From NCBI GenBank assembly GCA_965372715.1, contig CBDVDH010000037.1:1-38266 (forward strand): a stretch of 38,266 nucleotides of DNA, written 5' to 3'. The notes under the pieces were generated by a model. It saw only the letters and a program-made list of their open reading frames with translations. It was not told the DNA's origin and ran no database searches. Of this stretch, positions 17,531 to 26,379 are shown one piece after another (within the stretch, counting starts at the first letter, position 1; the number at the start of each line of letters is the position of its first letter). The DNA comes from an uncultured bacterium (GTDB lineage: Bacteria; B130-G9). A program made the translations under genes and the position numbers.

Positions 17531-19698
17531 TCTTCCGTTTCCGCTTCCGTTTCCGGCTGCGACTCATCCGGCTCGCCGTTTTCAAAGACGTCGTCGCCCT
17601 CGTCGTCTGGCTCGCCGTTTTCAAAGACGTCTTCACCCTCGTCCTCCGAGGCGCCCTCAGGAGGAAAACTGCCCGCCCCGGTCGCCGGGAATCGATGATC
17701 GAATATCTGGCCGGCCGGGCCGCGCATAAGCGGGTTCATAAGCGGCAAGTCCGGCCCCGGGGGCCGTTGCGTTCTATCGATGTCTGCGCCGGCCAACGGG
17801 TTGCGAAGCGGCAGTTCGGGCATCTCTTCGGGCTCCTCCTCCAGTTCTTCCTCATCAAAATCGATCGGGCCTATGACCATGCCCTCGGGAGGAGGTTCCG
17901 GCCCGATTGGTTCCTCGTAAGCCACGGGTTCCTCCTGAGGCTTCAGCAGCTGCCATTGGTTTTCGATGTCGATCTCGACCACAATGCCGAACCGTTCAGT
18001 GTCCTTTCCGGAGGTTATCCGTCCCTCAAAATTAACGTTCTTGAAGATAGGCGATTCCTCGAGCCTGGTGAGTATCTCCTCAGGCTTGTCAGAGCGGCCA
18101 TTGATCGACAAGTTCCTTCGCTTCAGCCGGAAGTTGGTCAGCCACACCTTCTCCGGACCATTACTTGGAAGCAATCTATCCAGTTCCTTCAACACCAGAA
18201 GAGGATTGAGCGTCTCTTCGGATATGCCCTTTAGCTCCTTCAACAGCGCACCCCACATCGCTGACTGGCGCCGAGTGGCCGACACCAGCTTGACCTCGTT
18301 GCTAAGCGATTGGACCTTCGCCTCAAGGAAGCCGACTTCCATCCGCCGCTTGGCGACGCTGCTCGCCAGAATGGCGACCAACAGTATGCACAAGGCAATG
18401 GATAAGCCGATCATAAACCGCTTCCCGTAAAGCCTGCGCGTCGCGCGAAGCCCCGCCGGCAACAGATTCGTGCCGGACATTTTCTCCTCAAAATCGCGCA
18501 TCCCGAGGCCTATCGCCGGACACAGCGAGCTGGCCTTTTCTGGCGGCAGGAGTGAACGTATCTTCTGGTGGGGCTGCATCATTTTGATTCGGCCTGAGAA
18601 TCCAAGCTCCATGAGGGTTCCCTGAAGCGCCAAGGCGCTGCGATACTCGCCAGACAGATATAATTCGTCTATGTAAGCGTTCTCGCCGTTTGTATCCACG
18701 TATGCTGATAGCTCGTTGAGGATGGCTCGAGCCTTCATCTTTGTGGTCTGATCCTGCATAGCGAGCGACCCCACACCTTGCTCAGCCGAAGTGGGCAAGT
18801 CCTCGTCGGGTATCCCGCCGTCGTCCGGCGCTGCCGACGAACGAGGCGCCTGACCGGAAAGAGCCTTAGCAAGGTCCTCCTCTGAGATGAAGCCGAGATC
18901 AAATAGAATCTGCCCTAGCAAACCCTCACCTGTTTTCTGCTGTTCGGTCAAGGCCAGCTCCAGCTGCTCGTCGGTTATCAGCCCATGCTCCTTCAGCCTC
19001 CGGCCGAGCATGGTCTTCTTTGCTGGCCGCTTTTGCCAGCCTATGCCAGACTCATCTCGCTCAAGGTCAATTGAGCGGCAGTGCATGAGCTCTTTGCCCC
19101 TCAGAATCACGACGTCGGCGCTGCCATTGTCGCAGTCAATGAGCGCGGTGGTGGCATCATCTGAGGGCTCACCGAACTGGAAGAAGAAATCGACCAGCCC
19201 CAAAACGGAGATCGTGATCGCTGATGCCGTGAGATCGATCTGCTCGACGATGTTGGCATACCGCTGTATGAGGTCCCGGTGGGCCGCTATTATCGCGACC
19301 TTGAGCATGCCGTCTTGCGCTTCATTTCCTCCGACCACCTGGGCGTCGAAGCAAATCGAGTCGGAAGGAAGAGGCACGTGGCGCTCTATCTCGTAATTGA
19401 GCAGGTCCTCAAGCCTCGCGCCCGGCACCTTGGGCAGCTCGGCAAACGTGAAGAAAACGTCCTCGCGCGGGATGCCGATCGATACGCTATCGGGCTTTAT
19501 GCGATGTTCCTCGAGAAAGTGGGAAATCCCGTTCTGAATGAGCATGTCGATGTGGTCTTCGGAGCGGTCCTCGACGCTCGATAGATCGATGACCTCAAAG
19601 TCCATCAGAGAGTATTTGCTGAAGCCCTTGCCCAGGTGCGTTAGAATGACCCTGTCCCTTTTGAATAGAATGCTCAGGCTGGATTGAAGTGATACCAT
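17527..19698 (-). CDS. gspL: T2SS GspL / PilM-PilN-like protein with inserted MshEN module and acidic tail
   Basis: Actin-like N-terminus (LPKV..LNYEIERHVP), 'TNLLP' + TM + PilN-like region (VWLTNFRL..INGRS..LEESPIFKNV); internal LG..L...GLIT.EQL..AL..Q tandem. Confidence 0.75.
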   Translation of the reverse strand: MVSLQSSLSILFKRDRVILTHLGKGFSKYSLMDFEVIDLSSVEDRSEDHIDMLIQNGISHFLEEHRIKPDSVSIGIPREDVFFTFAELPKVPGARLEDLLNYEIERHVPLPSDSICFDAQVVGGNEAQDGMLKVAIIAAHRDLIQRYANIVEQIDLTASAITISVLGLVDFFFQFGEPSDDATTALIDCDNGSADVVILRGKELMHCRSIDLERDESGIGWQKRPAKKTMLGRRLKEHGLITDEQLELALTEQQKTGEGLLGQILFDLGFISEEDLAKALSGQAPRSSAAPDDGGIPDEDLPTSAEQGVGSLAMQDQTTKMKARAILNELSAYVDTNGENAYIDELYLSGEYRSALALQGTLMELGFSGRIKMMQPHQKIRSLLPPEKASSLCPAIGLGMRDFEEKMSGTNLLPAGLRATRRLYGKRFMIGLSIALCILLVAILASSVAKRRMEVGFLEAKVQSLSNEVKLVSATRRQSAMWGALLKELKGISEETLNPLLVLKELDRLLPSNGPEKVWLTNFRLKRRNLSINGRSDKPEEILTRLEESPIFKNVNFEGRITSGKDTERFGIVVEIDIENQWQLLKPQEEPVAYEEPIGPEPPPEGMVIGPIDFDEEELEEEPEEMPELPLRNPLAGADIDRTQRPPGPDLPLMNPLMRGPAGQIFDHRFPATGAGSFPPEGASEDEGEDVFENGEPDDEGDDVFENGEPDESQPETEAETEE
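17566..17646 (-). repeat. 39-bp tandem duplication encoding DEG(E/D)DVFENGEP
   Basis: Two copies of GGCTCGCCGTTTTCAAAGACGTC..C.CCCTCGTC in the gspL tail. Confidence 0.8.
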
Positions 19699-19733
19699 TT
19701 AGGCCTTCCGGACCTCCATTCCGATGGGGACTG

Positions 19734-20858
19734 CTATAGCTCTGAACCAAAACCAAACTGCATGTAAGCGGAGCCGACGTAATTGTCGTGCCACTCCATG
19801 ATCTCGACTCTGGGACGCCTGAAACTGCCAACCTTCTTGACCACGGCGACGATCGTTCGGGTTACGTCCGAGACGCCAACGCGTCCGGTCGAGGTGACTG
19901 TGAACCTCGATGAGGTAACTCGATGCGTCGGAGCCTGGCGATTAGTCCAATCGCCGCTCTCTCTGCGGTCCATCTCCTGCTGCGCCCGTGAATCGCCCGT
20001 AAGTCCAGAGAGAAGGTCGTCCGACGCCGTGTCGTAGTAGAGGCCGCCGCCCCAAACCGTCAGCAGATCGAAGACGCCAAGATGCTCCTCGTCGGAATCG
20101 CCGTCCGCATCGTCATCCTTGCGGAATCCATACTTCTCCACGTTGGCCGAGCCAAAGAGTATCTCGGGCGTCACGCCCTGAACCAGCAGCAGCTCGCGAA
20201 CCGAATCGAAGTTGGCGTTCTTGCACAAGTATGGCTCATTCATCCCCTGCTCCTCGTAGTGCGCCTCGTAGTATTCGTCCTCGGCCCCGTTCAGCCGATG
20301 AAGATCGTCCGCGTCGCGCCAGTCCTTCACCGAGTCGATTATCGTATCCGCCGTCATCTCGTCAACACCGGAGTCTATCAAGAGGTCCTTGAGCCTCTCG
20401 TCGTTGCTCGAGAGTCTGATGTCCAGCTTTCGACGTTCATCGACGATCTCGTAGTCGAAGGAACCTCTACCGAGCCGAGCGCCTTGGCGCGAGGGCGCCG
20501 CCTCTTCCAGCTCGAGCTCGCCCGCCTCGTCCCATTTGACTTGCCGAGCGACGAAATAAAGCTGCCCTGAGCCGTCTGTCGAGCCTAAGTAATACTCCTT
20601 AGACAGAATCTCCGCGAGCGACATGTTGATCCCCGCAAGTGCCAGGTAATACGCCTGAACCTCATCCCGGAAGTTAGTCGCCACCGAGAGGTCAACCCTC
20701 TTTTCGAACGAAAACTCCAGCGCCATTACCGTTAATAGAACCATTATCCATATAGCCATCAAAAGCGCAACGCCACGCCTGTCCCTCAACTTGGCATTCG
20801 CCGTCCCTCGAATCTTCGACTTGGAACTTGGAACTTGAAACTTGAAACTTATCCTCAA
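19734..20858 (-). CDS. gspK: T2SS minor pseudopilin GspK
   Basis: RRG|VALLMAIWIMVLL, DERRKLDI, DWRDADD, GAEDEYY, ELLLVQGVT; start uncertain (TTG at 20858 or a TTG near 20790). Confidence 0.9.
   Translation of the reverse strand: MRISFKFQVPSSKSKIRGTANAKLRDRRGVALLMAIWIMVLLTVMALEFSFEKRVDLSVATNFRDEVQAYYLALAGINMSLAEILSKEYYLGSTDGSGQLYFVARQVKWDEAGELELEEAAPSRQGARLGRGSFDYEIVDERRKLDIRLSSNDERLKDLLIDSGVDEMTADTIIDSVKDWRDADDLHRLNGAEDEYYEAHYEEQGMNEPYLCKNANFDSVRELLLVQGVTPEILFGSANVEKYGFRKDDDADGDSDEEHLGVFDLLTVWGGGLYYDTASDDLLSGLTGDSRAQQEMDRRESGDWTNRQAPTHRVTSSRFTVTSTGRVGVSDVTRTIVAVVKKVGSFRRPRVEIMEWHDNYVGSAYMQFGFGSEL
20819..20850 (-). repeat. Heptamer tandem repeat (AAGTTYC)x4.5
   Basis: AAGTTTC AAGTTTC AAGTTCC AAGTTCC AAGT at the gspJ/gspK junction. 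Confidence 0.8.
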
Positions 20859-21637
20859 AACTCCTCCACCTCCGCCAGTCCACTCGCGAGCGACACCTGG
20901 CGATTCAAGATAGGTATTACGAACGGCCCGAGCGTCTCCTCTTCGTCTTCTCGCACCGCCGTCATCGTCACTTCGATGGCTTTCGGCATGTAGCGCTCAA
21001 TCTCCCTCGACTCTTCGACCGAAAACGCCATGTCAGAAGTGTCGCCAAACGAGTCCCAGCTATCGAGCCACTCGCCAGCCTCAAGCCCCGAATCGTTCTT
21101 TAGAATCCGGGAAAAGCGGAGGCGGATATTGGGATCGTAAAAATAGCGAAACGATATCGAGGTTACGTCGGGATCGAGCCGATACAGGATGCCCTCCTCG
21201 AACGGCTCCTCGACGAAGGGGTTGCCCTCCCTCATCACCAGACCGTTCTCGTCCTCCGTGCCCGAATCGTTCACGAAGTAGGTTACGGCGCGGAGCCCGT
21301 AGGAGTTCTCCTCGCCTGTAATACCGCCCTGTTTGGTCACGAAACTGACGCTGTTTTGCTGACCCGAGAAAAGCAAGACGTGTGTGGTCCTTTTCCTACC
21401 CGTCTGCATAAACATCCTAACCTTGAACGGATACGCCGACTTTATGTCCTCGATCATCCGAGAAATAGCGATCCGCGTCCGCTGTGTGCTATCCCCTCGC
21501 CGCTCGCCGGTAGCCCAGGCCTTTGAGGCAACCTGGAAGGCCGCGAGAATCAAAGTTACGATCACTACTGTAATAGTGCTGGCGATAAGAAGCTCGAGGA
21601 GCGTGAAACCCGCGCGGCGACGGCCCAACAATGTCAT
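20855..21637 (-). CDS. gspJ: T2SS minor pseudopilin GspJ-like
   Basis: Prepilin cleavage site RRAG|FTLLELL; position between gspI and gspK. Confidence 0.8.
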   Translation of the reverse strand: MTLLGRRRAGFTLLELLIASTITVVIVTLILAAFQVASKAWATGERRGDSTQRTRIAISRMIEDIKSAYPFKVRMFMQTGRKRTTHVLLFSGQQNSVSFVTKQGGITGEENSYGLRAVTYFVNDSGTEDENGLVMREGNPFVEEPFEEGILYRLDPDVTSISFRYFYDPNIRLRFSRILKNDSGLEAGEWLDSWDSFGDTSDMAFSVEESREIERYMPKAIEVTMTAVREDEEETLGPFVIPILNRQVSLASGLAEVEEF

Positions 21638-22143
21638 TGCTCGAGCTCCTCTCGAAACGCGAGCGACTTCAAAGTGTTGAGCTCATACACGCGCTCGTTT
21701 GTGCTATCGCCGAACCGCCACCTCACAGTTACGGTGAGCCTAAATACATTCACAGGCACGATGGCGTCCTCGCCGCCTATCTCTTCGATGAACTCGGCGG
21801 TTCGCATGTCCTTCTCGTTGGCCGGGTCCATCTCCTCGCCGACGAGCTTCTCCGCCAGGGCCGTCCACGAGTAGCCGTTCTCTTCCCCAGAGTCCTCGAA
21901 GCCGTCGTCGAGTTTGCCTCTCAGGACCAAATCGTCCATCACCTGCTGAGCGACGAACACGGCCTCAGTCAACCCCTTATCGACGCGAGAAAGCCTAAGC
22001 GCCCCCGCGAAGAGCTGCATCACGGTAACCAGCCCTATCGCAAGGATAGCGAGCGCCACCATCACCTCGAGGAGAGTGAAACCCCTCTGGTCGAGCGCCC
22101 GACCTCGTCTTCGTGTCATCTGCGTGCTCTCATAGGTAGTCAT
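21634..22143 (-). CDS. gspI: T2SS minor pseudopilin GspI-like
   Basis: QRG|FTLLEVMVALAILAIG. Confidence 0.8.
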   Translation of the reverse strand: MTTYESTQMTRRRGRALDQRGFTLLEVMVALAILAIGLVTVMQLFAGALRLSRVDKGLTEAVFVAQQVMDDLVLRGKLDDGFEDSGEENGYSWTALAEKLVGEEMDPANEKDMRTAEFIEEIGGEDAIVPVNVFRLTVTVRWRFGDSTNERVYELNTLKSLAFREELEQ

Positions 22144-22873
22144 CTGGCGACTTGATCTTCACCGAGCCTGTTACCGGCTCTATCTCTATAACAAACGACC
22201 GACCGGATTCGCTCGTTATCTCTATCAGACCGCCAGTTGATGTGCCCCGTGGGAAGAAGAAAACGTTGCAGACTCCGTCGTCGTATGTCTCGTCCCCGTA
22301 GGTGAAGCTCGCGATGCTGACGCCCTCCTTCAGCTTTCGCTTTTTCTTGATGGCCTGAGCAAGCGGGGACTCGCTCTTTTTGCCCTCAGACTCAAGCTCA
22401 TCCGAGGTTGTGCCAAAAGCAGAAGAGCCGCCAAAGCTGGAGGGCCCGTCAAAGGAACCGCCCGACCTGAGAGAGGCCGAGCCGAGTCTGCCACTGCCGA
22501 GACCGGTGGACCCGGAACCACCACCGAAGAGACCGAGGCCGTCCTCCAAGCCTGATTGGCTCTGACGCCTCTTTCTCTCCTTGACCGTGAGCTCATAAGT
22601 CCCGTTGTCAAGGTCTAGCTTGACGACCGCGAGCCCCTTGCTGCAGACGGACTGACTGCGTGCGAACCTCAGCGTCGCCGCCAGATGTTTCACCTCCCCT
22701 TTCAGCCGCATCCCCCTTAGTCCGCCGACAAACGAGGGCACTACGAAGGCGGCGATGACGCCAGCCACGAAAAGTACTATCAGCAGCTCAACGAGCGTGA
22801 ACCCGCTGGATTGAACTTGGAACTTGGAACCTGGAACTTGGAACTTGGAACTTGGAACTTGGACTTCGCCCAA
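22130..22873 (-). CDS. gspH: T2SS minor pseudopilin GspH-like
   Basis: SSG|FTLVELLIV, 'LRFARSQS', 'FFPRGTSTGG', 'EPVTGSV'; Gly/Ser-rich insert. Confidence 0.82.
   Translation of the reverse strand: MGEVQVPSSKFQVPGSKFQVQSSGFTLVELLIVLFVAGVIAAFVVPSFVGGLRGMRLKGEVKHLAATLRFARSQSVCSKGLAVVKLDLDNGTYELTVKERKRRQSQSGLEDGLGLFGGGSGSTGLGSGRLGSASLRSGGSFDGPSSFGGSSAFGTTSDELESEGKKSESPLAQAIKKKRKLKEGVSIASFTYGDETYDDGVCNVFFFPRGTSTGGLIEITSESGRSFVIEIEPVTGSVKIKSPDDYL
22813..22861 (-). repeat. Heptamer tandem repeat (CAAGTTC)x7
   Basis: Seven units, one variant (CAGGTTC), between the TTG start and the prepilin cleavage site of gspH. Confidence 0.9.
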
Positions 22874-22875
22874 AC

Positions 22876-23298
22876 CTATTCCCAGCTGTTGATTGCGCCG
22901 GACGACTCCGAGCCTTGTGAACTCAGCCGATATGAGCGGCCGTTATCGACCACATCGTAGGAGTAGTCGTTGCCCCAGGGGTCCTTTGGGATCTTGTTCT
23001 TCTTCAGGTAAGGACCGTCCCAGTTCTGAGCGCTTGAAGAGATGAGTTCCTCCAGCGAGCTTGGGTAGGCGCCGACGTCGGCGCTGTAGAGGTCAAGGGC
23101 CGTGCCGAGCATTTGTATCTGCGTCTTCGTCGATTGGACCCTGGCCTTCTCGGTCTTGCCCGTGAACTTCGGGACGACAATCGCGGCCAAAAGACCCAAT
23201 ATCACCAAGACGACCAGCAGCTCAATGAGCGTGAAGCCCCGGACGTTTCTCTTCTGCACTGCCGCCACCGACAGGATTCGCAACCTTGCTGACCGCAT
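22876..23298 (-). CDS. gspG: T2SS major pseudopilin GspG
   Basis: RG|FTLIELLVVLVILGLLAAIVVP, ALDLY..DVGAYP, WDGPYL, PKDPWG. Confidence 0.95.
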   Translation of the reverse strand: MRSARLRILSVAAVQKRNVRGFTLIELLVVLVILGLLAAIVVPKFTGKTEKARVQSTKTQIQMLGTALDLYSADVGAYPSSLEELISSSAQNWDGPYLKKNKIPKDPWGNDYSYDVVDNGRSYRLSSQGSESSGAINSWE

Positions 23299-23315
23299 GT
23301 TTAGTTCCTCCTACG

Positions 23316-24578
23316 TTACATGGCGATGTCGTTGATGCTGAAAACCGCCATCAGCATGGAGATGACGATGAACCCGACTACGAGGCCCATGACCAGAATC
23401 ATCATCGGCTCCAGAAGACTAATCAGGCGCTTGATGGTGTTTCTCACGTCCACCTCATAGATGTCGGCGACCTTCTCGAGCATATCCTCAAGCTGACCGC
23501 TCTCCTCGCCAATCGTTACCATGCTGACTGCAAGGGGCGGGAACACGCCGCTGTCCGCGAGTGGGCGCGAGATGCCCTTCCCCTTAGTTATAGAGGATAT
23601 GATGTCCCTGCTTTTCTTGCTCCCGCCATTGGCGCTTATGGCAGCGCGTGACATCGCCTCCGACATCACGCGATTTGTGATCACGTCCTTGACTATCTTC
23701 AGCGCCTGGATTATCGGCACCCCGTTTCTCACCAGCGTCCCAAGCGTCCGCGCGAAGCGGGCGACCTCAATCTTCTGCAAGAGCGAGCCCAAGAGCGGCA
23801 TCTTCAGCTTGAACTGGTCGAACGAAAGCGCGTTCCGCTCGTTCTTTAGGGCCTGCTTGGCCGACAAAATCGCCGCGACTAATACGGCGAGCATCGCCCA
23901 CCAGTATGAGCCGAAGGCCTCGGACAAGCCCATCAGAATCTGCGTCGGGAGGGGAAGAGCTTGACCCATGTCCTCGAAGATCTGGGCGAACTTCGGAATG
24001 ACAAACATCAGCAGAATAACAACCGCGGCGCCGCCCACAAAAACCAGGAGGAGCGGATAGATCATCGAGTTGATTATGTGTTCCCTCATCTGCTGAGTGC
24101 TTTCCAGAAACTGAACCAGGCGCTTCAGGACGGACTCCAGAACGCCGCCGCGCTCCCCGGCCCGAACCATGTTGACGTAGAGCTTGGAAAAGACCTTCGG
24201 GTATTTGCCAAGCGCGTCAGCGAACGAGTTCCCGCCCTGAACGCTCTTGCGGACGTTCTCCAGAACTCGCCGGAACTTGTCCCGCTCTGTCGTGTCGATC
24301 GTTATCGCGAGCGCCTTGTCCAAGGGAACGCCCGCCTCGAGCAGAGTCGCCAGCTGGTGTGTTGCCGCAAGGACATCCCGCTGACGTATCCGGGCCGTTA
24401 TCTGCTTGAGACTGAGCTCCACAGAGAGACCCTTCTTCGGCACGTATGCCTCAATCTTCACCGGGAAAAGGTCTCGCTGCTGGAGGGCCTGCGCGACGAG
24501 CGTCTGATCGCGCGCGTCCATCGTGCCCTCGGTTACATTCCCTCGCCTGTCTGATGCCTTATATACGAAAACTGGCAA
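23316..24578 (-). CDS. gspF: T2SS inner membrane platform GspF
   Basis: QLATLLEAGVPL, LYVNMVRAGERGG, RFARTLGTL, IGEESGQL. Confidence 0.95.
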   Translation of the reverse strand: MPVFVYKASDRRGNVTEGTMDARDQTLVAQALQQRDLFPVKIEAYVPKKGLSVELSLKQITARIRQRDVLAATHQLATLLEAGVPLDKALAITIDTTERDKFRRVLENVRKSVQGGNSFADALGKYPKVFSKLYVNMVRAGERGGVLESVLKRLVQFLESTQQMREHIINSMIYPLLLVFVGGAAVVILLMFVIPKFAQIFEDMGQALPLPTQILMGLSEAFGSYWWAMLAVLVAAILSAKQALKNERNALSFDQFKLKMPLLGSLLQKIEVARFARTLGTLVRNGVPIIQALKIVKDVITNRVMSEAMSRAAISANGGSKKSRDIISSITKGKGISRPLADSGVFPPLAVSMVTIGEESGQLEDMLEKVADIYEVDVRNTIKRLISLLEPMMILVMGLVVGFIVISMLMAVFSINDIAM

Positions 24579-24660
24579 CGCTCATCTCCGATTCATGCTG
24601 ATTTTCAAGGACAACACATTAAGAACACAGTGCGAAGCTGCACGGCGCAAACTCTGGCGG

Positions 24661-26379
24661 CTACATCTCGATAAGCTCTTCTTGGGTGACCCTCAGGACC
24701 TCGCTGATGCTGGTTATCCCGGCAGCCACCTTCAGCCAGCCATCATCTCGAAGCGTCCGAGAGCCTTCACGGAACGCCTCCTGCCGCAGCTTGTGCGCCG
24801 CAGCCTTCTCAAGAATCAAAGAGGTCATCTCGTCTGTCATGATTAAGAGCTCATAGATGCCAATTCTGCCTCTGTAACCAGTTTGATTGCACTCGTCACA
24901 GCCAACAGCCCGATACAACGTCTTTTCGAGCTCCTTAGAATGTTCGACGCCGATCTGCGAAAGCTCCAGCTTCGAGGGCTTGTAGCCCTCCTTGCACTGG
25001 GCGCACAAACGCCTCACTAGCCGCTGGGCGAGTATCCCCTCGATAGTTGAGGCAAGAAGGTAGTTCTCGACACCCATGTCCAGAAGCCGTGTGATCGTCG
25101 TAGGGGCGTCATTAGTATGAACCGTGCTGAAGACGAGATGGCCCGTAAGAGACGATTGGATAGCAATCTCGGCCGTCTCGAGGTCGCGAATCTCGCCGAT
25201 TAGGATGATGTCCGGGTCCTGCCGAACGATCGAACGCAATCCGCTGGCGAACGTCAGGCCGATCTTTGGCTTGACCTCGATCTGATTCACGCCCGCGAGC
25301 TCGTATTCCACCGGGTCCTCTACCGTGATGATTTTCTTGTCGGGCGAGTTGATCTTCTCCAGCGCCGCATACAGCGTGGTCGTCTTGCCGCTGCCGGTCG
25401 GGCCTGTAACGAGAACGATGCCGTGAGGTTTGCGGATGAGGAAGTCGAACTGTTCAAGCGTTTTCTCGCCAAAGCCCAAGCTGATGAGGCTGAAGCCCAT
25501 GCTCTCGCGGTCGAGCACCCTCATCACGACGCTCTCGCCGTGAAGCGTCGGAACAGTCGAGACACGCAGGTCGATTTTCTTGCCGCCCACCTTGAGGCCG
25601 ATTCTGCCGTCTTGCGGAAGCCGACGCTCCGCTATGTTGAGATCCGCCATGATCTTCACCCTGGACACGATGGCCGACTCGAGCGCACGAGGCGGCGATT
25701 CGACCTCGTGAAGCACGCCATCCGCCCTGTAGCGAATCTTCAGCTGGCCCTCAAAAGGCTCGATGTGGATGTCGCTCGCGCCTGCCTCGACTGCGCGAGA
25801 GATCAGAAGATTCACGAGCCTTATGACCGGCGCCTCAAACGCGCGGTCCCGAAGGTGATCGATGTCCTCATCCTCCTCCGAGCCGATCAGCTCAAGGTCC
25901 TCCTCGTCGAGGTCCTCAATGATCTCGTCCATCGTTGCGTCGCCAAACCGGTCCTCGAGGGCTCGCAGAATGTCCCGCCGAGAAGAGACCGTTATCTTCA
26001 CCCCCTTGCCGATGCTTAGCCGGACGTTGTCGAGTGTGTATTTGTCAAGCGGATCGGCCAACGCGACGACCAACTTGTTGTCCTCGAACCGAAGCGGAAG
26101 TATGAGATGCTCCTTCAGGAACTTCGCCGAAAGCGAGGGCACATCGACGAACTCCTCGGGGAAATCCGCATACTTCAGGAGGAGACAGCCCAGGTGCTCG
26201 GCGAGTGTCTCCGCAAGGCCGTCTTCGGTCAGCTTCTGAGCGGCCAAAAGCGCACCGATTGCGCCGTTATTCGATGGCCCTGTCTGGAGAAACGCCTGCT
26301 GGAGGTCTTCGCGCGACACAATGCTGGTTTGAACGAGCAGGCGCTCAAGCATGGCCGGCGTCTCGAAGGAAAGCCTCAT
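24661..26379 (-). CDS. gspE: T2SS ATPase GspE
   Basis: ASDIHIEP, RRLPQDGR, GPTGSGKTTT, EDPVE, RQDPD, tetracysteine motif CxxC...CxxC. Confidence 0.95.
   Translation of the reverse strand: MRLSFETPAMLERLLVQTSIVSREDLQQAFLQTGPSNNGAIGALLAAQKLTEDGLAETLAEHLGCLLLKYADFPEEFVDVPSLSAKFLKEHLILPLRFEDNKLVVALADPLDKYTLDNVRLSIGKGVKITVSSRRDILRALEDRFGDATMDEIIEDLDEEDLELIGSEEDEDIDHLRDRAFEAPVIRLVNLLISRAVEAGASDIHIEPFEGQLKIRYRADGVLHEVESPPRALESAIVSRVKIMADLNIAERRLPQDGRIGLKVGGKKIDLRVSTVPTLHGESVVMRVLDRESMGFSLISLGFGEKTLEQFDFLIRKPHGIVLVTGPTGSGKTTTLYAALEKINSPDKKIITVEDPVEYELAGVNQIEVKPKIGLTFASGLRSIVRQDPDIILIGEIRDLETAEIAIQSSLTGHLVFSTVHTNDAPTTITRLLDMGVENYLLASTIEGILAQRLVRRLCAQCKEGYKPSKLELSQIGVEHSKELEKTLYRAVGCDECNQTGYRGRIGIYELLIMTDEMTSLILEKAAAHKLRQEAFREGSRTLRDDGWLKVAAGITSISEVLRVTQEELIEM

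Noticed and set aside
22813-22861. Repeats as a CRISPR array
   Set aside because: Heptamers without spacers and dispersed REPs; no regular repeat-spacer period and no cas genes.
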